Source of the DNA: Gammaproteobacteria bacterium | GTDB taxonomy: Bacteria > Pseudomonadota > Gammaproteobacteria > DAOVJZ01 | Assembly: GCA_029882995.1 (NCBI GenBank) | Contig: JAOUJV010000003.1 | Coordinates: forward strand, 373-64,372 | Direction of reading: 5' to 3' | Length of the DNA stretch: 64,000 nt | Shown: positions 32,218 to 41,616 of the stretch, in pieces | Layout of the letters: each line of letters begins with the position of its first letter | Position numbering within the stretch: the first letter of the stretch is position 1 | Notes under the pieces: model-generated | Database searches by the model: none | Seen by the model: the letters and a program-made list of their open reading frames with translations, nothing else | What the model was told of the DNA's origin: nothing | Position numbers and translations under genes: made by a program

Positions 32218-33366
32218 ATGTCTACTTCAAAAAAATTCTGGCTTTATTTTTTAATCATTGTTGTCATTATTGCCGGTGCTGTTTATTACGGCACACGCCC
32301 CAAGCCCATTAGTGTTTATGTAAAACAAGTTGAAACCGGCGATGTTGAAGCGACTGTTGCCAATACCCGTGCCGGTACAATCAATGCCTGCAAACGCGCC
32401 AAACTGGCACCCACTATTGGTGGACAAATTGCATACCTGCCGGTCAGGGAAGGTGAGCAAGTCAAAAAGGACCAAATCCTGCTTGAACTCTGGAATGATG
32501 ATCTCAAGGCGCAAATACAATTGAGTAAAGAAGAGGCCGTTGCTTCTACTGCTCGCGCCAGACAGGCCTGTATTATGCACGATGTTGCACACCGTGAAGC
32601 TGACCGCCTTGTCTCCCTCAAAAAGAAAGGCCTTTCCTCAGCCGAACAAACCGATCAGGCAGTTGGTAATTCAAGAGCAACACAAGCCGCCTGCGATGCG
32701 GCCAATGCCTCACTAAAAGAATCCGAGGCACGTATCAAGGTTGCCATGACCGCACTTGAACGCACCATATTACGTGCGCCATTTGAGGGTACAGTTGCCG
32801 AAATCAATGGTGAAGTCGGTGAAGTTGTTACGCCCTCACCTGTCGGTATTGCAACGCCACCTGCCATAGACTTGATCGATAGTCGTTGCATGTATGTTAC
32901 TGCACCGATTGATGAAGTCGATGCCGCTGCCATTCGTGTTGGTATGAAGGCGCGCATTACACTCGACGCCTTTTCAGACAAAAACTTTGCCGGGCAAGTT
33001 AGCCGTATATCCACCTATGTACAGGACAGGGAAAAACAGGCGCGCACAGTCGATATTGAAGTTAATTTCGAAAAACCGGAAAGCATTAATGACATGCTGG
33101 CCGGTTACAGTGCTGATGTTGAAATTATTTTGAATACAAAAAAGAACATTACACGTGTACCTACTGAAGCCATTATTGGCGATGGCAAGGTCTATCTATT
33201 TGATAATGGTGTGCTGGCTGAAACCCAAATCAAGACTGGTTTAAGCAACTGGCAATATACTGAAGTCATCAGCGGACTTCAGGCTGGTCAGCAGGTGGTT
33301 ACCTCGGTTGATCAAACCGGCGTCAAGGATGGCGCTAAAGCCGAAATTGATACATCGGAAAATTAA
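32218..33366 (+). CDS. HlyD/MacA-family periplasmic adaptor (membrane fusion protein)
   Basis: N-terminal transmembrane segment, a biotinyl-lipoyl-like domain, a coiled-coil hairpin and a beta-barrel (AEINGEVGEVVTP). Starts 9 nt after gspM. Confidence 0.8.
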   Translation: MSTSKKFWLYFLIIVVIIAGAVYYGTRPKPISVYVKQVETGDVEATVANTRAGTINACKRAKLAPTIGGQIAYLPVREGEQVKKDQILLELWNDDLKAQIQLSKEEAVASTARARQACIMHDVAHREADRLVSLKKKGLSSAEQTDQAVGNSRATQAACDAANASLKESEARIKVAMTALERTILRAPFEGTVAEINGEVGEVVTPSPVGIATPPAIDLIDSRCMYVTAPIDEVDAAAIRVGMKARITLDAFSDKNFAGQVSRISTYVQDREKQARTVDIEVNFEKPESINDMLAGYSADVEIILNTKKNITRVPTEAIIGDGKVYLFDNGVLAETQIKTGLSNWQYTEVISGLQAGQQVVTSVDQTGVKDGAKAEIDTSEN

Positions 33367-33486
33367 TTATGATACGGCACTGCTGTCTCATTAATATAAT
33401 CTCGATGTATTGCAACAGTCCGATTATCAGAAAAGACAGGGTGCTCGATAATTTTGGAGACATGCAACTCAATAATCGGAGCCATT

Positions 33487-33585
33487 CCTTCTCCCTCCGG
33501 GAGAAGGCCAGGATGAGGGGGTATACAAAACAAAAAATTATTTATTTTAATCCCCTCACCCCCACCCTCTCCCTGAGGGAGAGGG
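33487..33585. repeat. Two REP-like GC palindromes (CCTTCTCCC-TCC-GGGAGAAGG and CCCTCTCCC-TGA-GGGAGAGGG)
   Basis: Direct reading. The same motif recurs at 36700-36725. Confidence 0.7.
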
Positions 33586-33601
33586 AGTTAACGGAACTAC
33601 T

Positions 33602-34285
33602 GTGATGATACGACTTGAGAAAGTCGAACGCATTTTCCAGGTCGGCGACCAACAGGTCACGGCGCTGAATAAAGTTGATCTCAATATTGAAGCCGGTGAA
33701 TACATTTCCATCATGGGACCATCCGGTTCCGGAAAATCTACTTTATTAAATATTCTTGGTCTGCTTGATCGCCCCAATAGGGGACAATATCTACTCGATG
33801 GCAAGGATGTTACCTCTCTCACTGATGATGAACAGGCATTCACTCGTCAGCAAAAGATCGGCTTTGTATTCCAGTTTTTTCATTTGATCCCGCGCCTGAC
33901 TGCCGAGGCCAATATCGAACTGCCAATGATACTGGCCGGTATCCCGGAACAGGAACGCAAGGATCGTATCCATACCGTATTAAAAGCTATTGGACTGGAA
34001 AACCGTGCCGACCATCGCCCGGATCAACTCTCCGGTGGTCAGTTACAACGCATCGCCATTGCACGTGCCACCATTATGCAGCCGAAGGTCCTGCTTGCCG
34101 ATGAGCCCACCGGTAACCTTGATCAACACTCCGGCGGGGAAATTATTCAATTGCTCGAAGATTTAAACAGCAAGGGGCTGACACTGATCATCGTGACTCA
34201 TGATATGAATATCGGCAAACGCGCACGTCGCCGTATTCGCATTGTTGACGGCCAAATCTCCGCAGATGAAACAGGTGTTGCATGA
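33602..34285 (+). CDS. ABC transporter ATP-binding protein, MacB/LolD-type
   Basis: Walker A GPSGSGKST, signature LSGGQLQRIAIARA and Walker B LLADEPTGNLD. Confidence 0.9.
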   Translation: MMIRLEKVERIFQVGDQQVTALNKVDLNIEAGEYISIMGPSGSGKSTLLNILGLLDRPNRGQYLLDGKDVTSLTDDEQAFTRQQKIGFVFQFFHLIPRLTAEANIELPMILAGIPEQERKDRIHTVLKAIGLENRADHRPDQLSGGQLQRIAIARATIMQPKVLLADEPTGNLDQHSGGEIIQLLEDLNSKGLTLIIVTHDMNIGKRARRRIRIVDGQISADETGVA

Positions 34286-35490
34286 ATATAAAGGATATAT
34301 TCCTGTTCACTATTCATGCCGTTACATCCAACCGTATACGCACCATACTCATGCTGGTGGCCATGTCCATCGGTGTGGGCTCAGTAGTCATCCTGACTTC
34401 AATTGGTGAAGGCGCACGTCATTATGTCACTGATGAATTTTCAGCCCTCGGCACTAACCTGATTATTGTTCTACCCGGTCGCACCGAAACTGCTGGTAAC
34501 CAGGCCGGCATGTTATTTGGAAAAACCCCGCGTGACCTGACCGTCTATGATGCTGATTCAATTCATCGTAGCCCCTACATCAAACAGATTGCACCTATCA
34601 GTGTTGGCTCTGCCACCATTTCCTACAAACAACGCAGTCGTGAGGGCCCGGTTATCGGTTCAAGCGCAAGCTTGCTTGATATTCGACACTGGGAAATGGC
34701 ACAAGGCAAATTTCTACCAGTCATGGATTATGATCGCGGTAGCCCGGTGTGCGTGATTGGTGCCGAAACAAAACGCGAATTGTTCGCCAATGAAAACCCG
34801 CTTGGCAAATGGCTGCGCATTGGCGATCGGCGTTTTCGTGTGATTGGCGTGATTGCATCCGAAGGTCGTTCTGTTGGCGTTGATGTCGAAAAACTGGTTA
34901 TCGTACCTGTCGCCTCGGCCATAGCCATTTTCGACAATCCCTCCCTGTTTCGCATTATGGTCGAATCCAAAAACCGCGACATGGTACCGTCTGCTATCAA
35001 GGACGTGGAAAGGATTATTCGCGAACGCCATCAGGGTAAAGATGATGTCACCTTGATTACACAGGATGCGGTACTGGGCACCTTCGATAAAATATTCACT
35101 GCACTGACATTCACCGTTGCCGGTATTGGTGCTATTAGTTTGTTTGTCGCCGGTATCCTGATCATGAATGTCATGCTGGTTACTGTTTCGCAACGCACTT
35201 CTGAAATCGGTTTATTAAAGGCCATTGGAGCCAGCAAACAACAAATCACCATCCTGTTTATGGGCGAAGCCGCCCTGCTCTCGCTTATCGGTGCATTGGC
35301 TGGTATTGGATTCGGAATACTGGTTACCCAGACAGCCGAAATCTTTTTTCCCAAAATGACACTGGTCGCCCCCTGGTGGGCATTGGTCGCAGCCATGGCA
35401 ACGGCTATCACAACCGGTATCCTGTTTGGACTTTTACCAGCACGACGCGCGGCACGACTCGATCCGGTAACGGCTCTCTCAAGGCGGTAA
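34282..35490 (+). CDS. ABC transporter permease, FtsX/MacB-type (4 transmembrane segments plus a periplasmic domain)
   Basis: 402 aa with a MacB_PCD-like periplasmic domain and a C-terminal FtsX transmembrane bundle. Confidence 0.85.
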   Translation: MNIKDIFLFTIHAVTSNRIRTILMLVAMSIGVGSVVILTSIGEGARHYVTDEFSALGTNLIIVLPGRTETAGNQAGMLFGKTPRDLTVYDADSIHRSPYIKQIAPISVGSATISYKQRSREGPVIGSSASLLDIRHWEMAQGKFLPVMDYDRGSPVCVIGAETKRELFANENPLGKWLRIGDRRFRVIGVIASEGRSVGVDVEKLVIVPVASAIAIFDNPSLFRIMVESKNRDMVPSAIKDVERIIRERHQGKDDVTLITQDAVLGTFDKIFTALTFTVAGIGAISLFVAGILIMNVMLVTVSQRTSEIGLLKAIGASKQQITILFMGEAALLSLIGALAGIGFGILVTQTAEIFFPKMTLVAPWWALVAAMATAITTGILFGLLPARRAARLDPVTALSRR

Positions 35491-35491
35491 C

Positions 35492-36691
35492 ATGAACTTA
35501 TCAGAAACACTCCGCTTCGCCTCTGGCACCATCCAGTCCTATCGTATGCGTAGTTTTCTGACCGCCATCGGTATTGCAGTCGGTATTACCACTGTTGTCC
35601 TGCTCACTTCCATCGGTGAAGGTGTGCATCGTTTTGTGGTGGCGGAATTCACCCAGTTCGGTACCAACCTGATCGGCATTAACCCCGGCAAAAGCGAAAC
35701 CCACGGCGTGTCCATCGGTGTATTCGGCAGTACCAAGCCATTAACACTGGAAGACAGCGAAGCATTAAAACGCATTCAATATGTTGAAGGCGTAGTACCC
35801 ATGATACAGGGCAATGTCGATATTGAAGTTGGTAGTCTTGGCCGACGCACAACTGTTTACGGTGTTGGCCCTGAATTTCCGGAAGTACTCAAGTTTAACG
35901 TGCGCAGTGGCCGCTTCCTGCCTAAAGATAATATCCAGTCACCGCGTGCCTTTGCTGTACTTGGCAGTAAGCTCCGGCGCGAACTGTTTGGCAACCGCAC
36001 CGCACTCGGTGAACGCATTCGCATTGGCGGTTATCGTTACCGCGTGATCGGTGTCATGGAACCCAAGGGACAAATACTCGGTTTTGATATCGACGATGCC
36101 GTTTATATCCCGACAGCACGTGCGCAGGAACTGCTTGATCAGGAAGGCCTGTTTGAAATCGATATCCTTTATTCAAGTAACGCCAATGTCGACAACATTG
36201 TTGCCGCAATAAAACGCACACTGATTAATCGACACGGCAAGGAAGACTTCACCGTCACCACCCAGCAACAAATGCTGGATGTACTGGGCTCGGTGCTCAA
36301 TGTTTTAACCTTCGTCGTTGCCGCACTCGGAGCCATCTCGCTTATTGTCGGCGGCATCGGCATCCTCACCATCATGACCATTGCCGTTAACGAACGCACA
36401 CCCGAAATTGGACTACTTAAATCACTCGGTGCACGCAGTCAGCAAATCATGACCCTGTTCCTGGTTGAAGCCGGTACGCTTGGTATTCTTGGCGGCATCC
36501 TCGGACTTGGATTAGGACTCGGTATTGCCTACCTGCTTAGTGTTTTTCTTCCTGCCCTGCCGATACAGATTTCATGGCCTTATGCTATTGCGGCTGAGGT
36601 ATTAGCACTGACTGTTGGGATTATTGCGGGGATTGTGCCTGCAATGCATGCGGCTAAGATGGAGGCAGTGGAGGCATTGAGGGCAGAGTAG
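35492..36691 (+). CDS. Second FtsX/MacB-type ABC permease (paralogue)
   Basis: 399 aa with the same architecture as the preceding gene. Begins 1 nt after it. Confidence 0.85.
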   Translation: MNLSETLRFASGTIQSYRMRSFLTAIGIAVGITTVVLLTSIGEGVHRFVVAEFTQFGTNLIGINPGKSETHGVSIGVFGSTKPLTLEDSEALKRIQYVEGVVPMIQGNVDIEVGSLGRRTTVYGVGPEFPEVLKFNVRSGRFLPKDNIQSPRAFAVLGSKLRRELFGNRTALGERIRIGGYRYRVIGVMEPKGQILGFDIDDAVYIPTARAQELLDQEGLFEIDILYSSNANVDNIVAAIKRTLINRHGKEDFTVTTQQQMLDVLGSVLNVLTFVVAALGAISLIVGGIGILTIMTIAVNERTPEIGLLKSLGARSQQIMTLFLVEAGTLGILGGILGLGLGLGIAYLLSVFLPALPIQISWPYAIAAEVLALTVGIIAGIVPAMHAAKMEAVEALRAE

Positions 36692-36693
36692 TC

Positions 36694-36745
36694 TTTATCC
36701 CCTCTCCCCTTGCGGGAGAGGGTTAGGGTGAGGGGATAATAAGTT
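36694..36745. repeat. Nested REP-like palindrome (ttatcccctctcccc-ttgc-gggagagggttagggtgaggggataa)
   Basis: Perfect inner and outer inverted repeats immediately after the permease stop. Confidence 0.7.
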
Positions 36746-36759
36746 TGCCGACTATGTCG

Positions 36760-36960
36760 GCGCTTTATTTCTATTGCGGGGATTCGCCCCCGCGCGACGA
36801 AATACTTTTCTCTTGCGTGTCCAAGAGAAAGGTATTCAAAAGAGAAGGACACCCAACTGCTTGCCCTTCGGGTTCCCTCGGTGCTCATAAAAATCTGGAG
36901 TGAATCACAACTCGCGCGCGGCCTTCGGCCACACCGGCTCGAACAGGGTGATTCACAAAT
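36760..36960. other. Cluster of independent perfect stem-loops (possible structured ncRNA or integration scar)
   Basis: Four stem-loops read directly: gcgggg-attcg-ccccgc (about 36774-36791); ctttctcttg-cgtgtc-caagagaaag (about 36806-36831); gtgaatcac...gtgattcac enclosing ggcc-ttc-ggcc (about 36899-36957). Confidence 0.4.
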
Positions 36961-37128
36961 TCCAGATTTTTACTCCGCGCCTCGGCTACGCAGATGGGAA
37001 TAAAAATCCAATATTCAATCACTTAGAAATATACCAACTATGTTTATTGAACCATAAAAGAAAGGTCGTTAATATCAATCGATGTTTAACTGTTTTTGAA
37101 CTATTCGCTTCTTTGTTAATGTGAAGAT

Positions 37129-38370
37129 ATGGGTCCTATAACTCTTTTTGATAAATCTTTCCTGCAATCACTCAGTATCGATGAATCTGTGTGGTTTGAT
37201 CATTTCTTTATCACAAATATATGTCCACTTTTTTACGTTGAAACGTTAGCTGATCTCAAAAAGTCAGTACGAAATGGCCGAACACAAGAACAAGAGGTTG
37301 GGATTATTGCAGATAAATTTCCTGATATGCATAGCTCTCCAAATGTTCAACATATCACTGCATGTATTAATGAATTATTAGGTTATCCTGTGCCAATGAC
37401 AGGCCAAATCCTTTTAGCAGGAGGACGTCCTGTTAAGGTAGAAGGCCAATCTGGAATCGTGTTTGATAAATCACCCGAAGCAGAAGCCTTTTCACGTTGG
37501 CAAAAAAATGAATTCCTTGAGATTGAACGACTATATGCGCATGGGTGGCGCGAAATGGTAACAAATCTCAAACTTAATGAAATGGGAGATCATTTTAAAA
37601 AACTCGGGATTGATGGGAAAACATGTAAAACATTAGAGCAGGCAAAAGCACTTGCTGATCAAATAGTAGCCTCTACTGAGACTCCTTTTGAACGAATGTA
37701 TCTTGCTCTTTTATTTTTGAATATAGATCAAAAATATCATCAAGAAATTCTTCATCGTTGGAGCATAATGAATTATCCACCTCTCACACGCTATGCCCCA
37801 TATGTTGCTCATGTGTATACGGTTGAATTGTTTTTCCAAATAGCTTTAGCAGCGAATCTGATTTCTAGTGAACGGCCCTCCAATCGTGTTGATATTGGTT
37901 ATTTATTTTATCTGCCTTTTTCTACGATATTTGTTTCTTCAGATAAATTACACAGAAAATGTGCTCCATTATTTCTTCGTGAAGATCAACAATATATCTG
38001 GGGTCCAGAACTGAAAAACGGATTAAGAAATATTAACGAACACTATCTTGCTTACCCAGAAGAAAAAAAAGAAAAAGGGGTAATGTCTTTTGCGGGCAAC
38101 CCACCAACAGAAGGCGATTTTTTAATATCTGAAATATGGGACAAACACTTTCCGAATTGGCGGGAGAAAAAAGAAGTAGATCTCTCCGATAAGAATGTAA
38201 AAAATAATGAACTAGTAGAACATCTGAAAAAATTTACTGATGCACCAACTCTTTCACAGAACGAAGTAGATTTTGATCCCTCTAATGCAGAGAGCATGTC
38301 ACTCCAAAGAAGCGTAAGAAAAACCAAGGGGTCATGGTTTCAATTACCTAAAGACCTTAAGACAAATTAA
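37129..38370 (+). CDS. Hypothetical protein, AT-rich orphan gene (413 aa)
   Basis: Long ORF of markedly lower GC than its neighbours. No motif I can assign. The N-terminus ITLFDKSFLQSL is weakly PIN-like (hydrophobic-x-D-x-S/T). Confidence 0.6.
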   Translation: MGPITLFDKSFLQSLSIDESVWFDHFFITNICPLFYVETLADLKKSVRNGRTQEQEVGIIADKFPDMHSSPNVQHITACINELLGYPVPMTGQILLAGGRPVKVEGQSGIVFDKSPEAEAFSRWQKNEFLEIERLYAHGWREMVTNLKLNEMGDHFKKLGIDGKTCKTLEQAKALADQIVASTETPFERMYLALLFLNIDQKYHQEILHRWSIMNYPPLTRYAPYVAHVYTVELFFQIALAANLISSERPSNRVDIGYLFYLPFSTIFVSSDKLHRKCAPLFLREDQQYIWGPELKNGLRNINEHYLAYPEEKKEKGVMSFAGNPPTEGDFLISEIWDKHFPNWREKKEVDLSDKNVKNNELVEHLKKFTDAPTLSQNEVDFDPSNAESMSLQRSVRKTKGSWFQLPKDLKTN

Positions 38371-38398
38371 GGATATAAGAATAAACTCTGTGGTTCAA

Positions 38399-39724
38399 TC
38401 ACTTCTCAAATAAAGCAATCGCCTCAACATGCGCGGTATGCGGGAACATGTCCATCACTCCAACACTCACCAATTTATAACCATGCTTGTTAACGAGTTC
38501 ATCCGCATCACGCGCGAGTGTAGCCGGATTACAGGAAACATAGACTATCCGCCTGGGGTTGGTTTTAGGCAGGTGCTCGATGACTTCGAGTGCGCCTGTA
38601 CGTGGCGGGTCGATCAGGATTTTGTCCCATTTTCTTTTTAGCCACGACATGGTGTCGAGATCCTGTGTCAGGTCGGCGTAATGAAATTCAACATTATCAA
38701 TCTTATTGCGCTTTGCATTGGTATTGGCGCGTTCGACCAGTAATTTGTCCCCTTCCACACCGGTGACCTTGCCGGCCTTGCGTGCAATGGGTAGGGTGAA
38801 GTTCCCCAGACCACAAAACAGGTCAAGTATGTCATCCCCTTCTTCCGGTTCCAGGAGTGCAAGTGCATGGTTGACCATTTTGCGATTCAGGTTGGCGTTG
38901 ACCTGTATAAAGTCGGAGGGTTCAAAGGTGTAATCCACATCATAATCCGGTAACTGGTAAGTCAGTGTTTCCGCTTCCGGAAATATAAGATGGATTGAAT
39001 CCGGTCCTTCCGGTTGCAGGTAAATCATAAAATTGTGTTGTTCACCAAACGTGATGAGTTTGTTTTTATCTTCATCGGTGAGCGGTTCGAGATGACGAAA
39101 TACCAGCCCGGTTTTATTATCACCCACCGCGACTTCAATTTGCGGGATCTTGTCATGAATACTCAGGCCTTCAATCAGGCTGGCCATGTCTTTCAGTTTT
39201 TCACCTGCTGAAGGATGCAACACATGACAGCGATTGAGTTCGGCAACATAAGGTGCGCGTTTTTCACGAAAACCGACCAGTACCTTGCCCTTTTTGATTA
39301 CGTGTTTAACGCCAAGCCGGGCACGACGACGGTAGCCCCACGGGTTATCAGTTAACGGTGGCAGGATATTTTGTGGCGTGACCTTGCCGATGCGCTCAAG
39401 GTTGTCGAGCATGACTTGTTGTTTTGACCGGATCTGCGCTTCGGGTGACATGTGTTGCAGACTGCAACCACCGCACACGCCAAAGTGTTCGCATTTTGGC
39501 TCTACCCTGTCGGGCGATGCCTTTTTAACCTCAACAGTGCGGCCTTCATCAAACTTGCGCCGCTGTGATGTGTAGACAAATCCGATTTCTTCACCGGGCA
39601 AGGCACCGTCGATAAAAATAGCCTTGCCATCAAGATGCGCAACACCGCGGCCATCATGGCTTAAGGATTCAATTTCCACAAAAACAGTTTCTGCGGGGAG
39701 TTTTTTCTTACGACGTCGACCCAT
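38399..39724 (-). CDS. rlmD: 23S rRNA (uracil1939-C5)-methyltransferase RlmD
   Basis: TRAM domain, an Fe-S Cys cluster (CEHFGVCGGCSLQHM) and SAM-methyltransferase motifs (DLFCGLGNFTLPIA). Confidence 0.9.
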   Translation of the reverse strand: MGRRRKKKLPAETVFVEIESLSHDGRGVAHLDGKAIFIDGALPGEEIGFVYTSQRRKFDEGRTVEVKKASPDRVEPKCEHFGVCGGCSLQHMSPEAQIRSKQQVMLDNLERIGKVTPQNILPPLTDNPWGYRRRARLGVKHVIKKGKVLVGFREKRAPYVAELNRCHVLHPSAGEKLKDMASLIEGLSIHDKIPQIEVAVGDNKTGLVFRHLEPLTDEDKNKLITFGEQHNFMIYLQPEGPDSIHLIFPEAETLTYQLPDYDVDYTFEPSDFIQVNANLNRKMVNHALALLEPEEGDDILDLFCGLGNFTLPIARKAGKVTGVEGDKLLVERANTNAKRNKIDNVEFHYADLTQDLDTMSWLKRKWDKILIDPPRTGALEVIEHLPKTNPRRIVYVSCNPATLARDADELVNKHGYKLVSVGVMDMFPHTAHVEAIALFEK

Positions 39725-40498
39725 TTAATTTTGCCAAGCAGCCAAGAACTCATTTAAATGCGGCTTATTCTCTTCTTTTAAGGAATCACGCACTACCTGA
39801 CATTCTGTTTCATAGCCTTCCTGTGACAAGTGTCCACGCATGAGTTCAAAACGTAAATATACCAGGTAGGTATTTAACACATCCGTTTCGCAATAGTTGC
39901 GGATAGCCTTGATTTCACCGGCCTGATATTGATCCCATACCTTGGCCCCGCTCATACCCATTTTTCCGGGGAAACCTAACAGGGTGGCAATCTTGTCCAG
40001 CGGTGCATTCGCGCGTGGCTGGAAACCGGCCAGCACATCCATTAAATCCGTATGACGCCAGTGATAACGGCTTTGATAATTATTCCATTTGAAGGACTGA
40101 TCGTCCTCACCCGTATCCCAATATCGTTGCGCCTCAATACCATGCAACAACGCACGGTAATTCAGTACCGGCAGATCAAATCCACCACCATTCCATGACA
40201 CAAGCGTCGGTGTGTATTTATCAATACCATCGAAGAAACGCTGGATGATTTCTTTTTCGGATGAATCTTCTTCACCGATTGACCAAACCTTGAAACGATT
40301 GCTTGAGCGCAGTACTACCGAGATCGCCACCACGCGATGCAGGTAATGGCGCAAAAAATCCGAGCCGCCGGTTTCCTGTCGACGTTGATGAAACATGACA
40401 TTGGCAACATCCTTGTCATCCAGACCTTCGAGATCATAAATACGACAACCACCGTCGGTATCGGGAATGGTTTCAATGTCAAAAACAAAGACGTTCAT
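39725..40498 (-). CDS. Predicted 3'-5' exonuclease, PolB-exo-like RNase H fold
   Basis: VFVFDIETIPD (Exo I D-x-E motif). 257 aa. Confidence 0.65.
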   Translation of the reverse strand: MNVFVFDIETIPDTDGGCRIYDLEGLDDKDVANVMFHQRRQETGGSDFLRHYLHRVVAISVVLRSSNRFKVWSIGEEDSSEKEIIQRFFDGIDKYTPTLVSWNGGGFDLPVLNYRALLHGIEAQRYWDTGEDDQSFKWNNYQSRYHWRHTDLMDVLAGFQPRANAPLDKIATLLGFPGKMGMSGAKVWDQYQAGEIKAIRNYCETDVLNTYLVYLRFELMRGHLSQEGYETECQVVRDSLKEENKPHLNEFLAAWQN

Positions 40499-40500
40499 TT

Positions 40501-41400
40501 TTATTCAGATGGGAAGACGTCGGTGGAAAGATACCGATCCCCACGATCACAAACAATGCTCACGATCACGGCATTCTCAACTTCCTGAGATAGCTTTAAT
40601 GCCGCGGCAGTTGCCCCGCCGGATGAAATACCGCAGAAGATCCCTTCCTGTTTACCCATTTGGCGAGTCACTTCTTCGGCGTCTTGCTGGTTTACATCAA
40701 TAATGCGATCCACACGTGATGCATCATAAATCTTTGGCAGGTATTCTTTCGGCCAACGACGAATACCCGGAATGGCAGAACCTTCTTCCGGTTGCACACC
40801 AATAATTTGAATATCGGGGTTTTGTTCTTTCAGAAAACGTGATGTTCCCATAATGGTACCGGTTGTACCCATCGCACTGACAAAATGTGTGACCTTGCCA
40901 TTGGTATCACGCCAGATTTCGGGACCAGTACCTTCATAATGTGCCTGCGGGTTATCCATGTTAGAAAATTGGTCCAAGATAATACCCTTGCCCTCTTTTT
41001 CCATCGCGCGCGACACATCAATCGCTTCTTCCATACTGCCTTCTTTTGAAGTCAGTACCAGTTCGGCACCAAATGCCTTCATTACAGCACGGCGTTCAAC
41101 ACTCATGTGTTCGGGCATGACCAGGATCATACGATAGCCACGAATGGCCGCGGCCATCGCCAGTGCGATACCGGTGTTGCCGCTAGTGGCCTCAATCAGG
41201 GTATCACCGGTCTTGATATCACCACGGGCTTCGGCACGTTTGATCATACTCAATGCAGGTCGATCCTTGACCGAACCGGCGGGATTATTGCCCTCCAGCT
41301 TCACCAACAGGGTGTTGCTAGTCTCCCCCGGCAGGCGCTGAAGTCGTACCAGTGGTGTATTACCTACAAATTGTTCGATTGTGGGATAAGAGGAATCCAT
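40501..41400 (-). CDS. cysM: Cysteine synthase B
   Basis: 299 aa, PLP-dependent fold with the SVKDR lysine motif (GNTPLVRL...GSVKDRPAL...TSGNTGIALA). Confidence 0.85.
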   Translation of the reverse strand: MDSSYPTIEQFVGNTPLVRLQRLPGETSNTLLVKLEGNNPAGSVKDRPALSMIKRAEARGDIKTGDTLIEATSGNTGIALAMAAAIRGYRMILVMPEHMSVERRAVMKAFGAELVLTSKEGSMEEAIDVSRAMEKEGKGIILDQFSNMDNPQAHYEGTGPEIWRDTNGKVTHFVSAMGTTGTIMGTSRFLKEQNPDIQIIGVQPEEGSAIPGIRRWPKEYLPKIYDASRVDRIIDVNQQDAEEVTRQMGKQEGIFCGISSGGATAAALKLSQEVENAVIVSIVCDRGDRYLSTDVFPSE

Positions 41401-41616
41401 GATTATTTTGGCCTGATTTTGTTTACACTATACGCCTATGGAATGATTATAAGTAAATCTGTTTAGTTTTCATATAGTTATTATTCCAATAATTCACTTA
41501 CACAACTGTATTTCTCATGGTAAGGTTTTATTTTCAGGAAGTGTAATGCCCCAGCATTATCATGGGTAAAAATAAAATAATTTACGCTGGGATGCCATCC
41601 ATTTTGGGGGGTAGCA

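Noticed and set aside
34282-36691. Calling the ATPase and the two permeases LolD, LolC and LolE
   Set aside because: This is possible but unsupported. An HlyD-type adaptor precedes them and the set follows the T2SS operon. The specific motifs separating LolC from LolE could not be verified by eye, so the generic MacB/FtsX family call is kept.
37129-38370. Retron, reverse transcriptase or integrase identity for the orphan gene next to the hairpin-rich spacer
   Set aside because: The translation has no YxDD polymerase motif, no tyrosine-recombinase R-H-R-Y block and no serine-recombinase motif.
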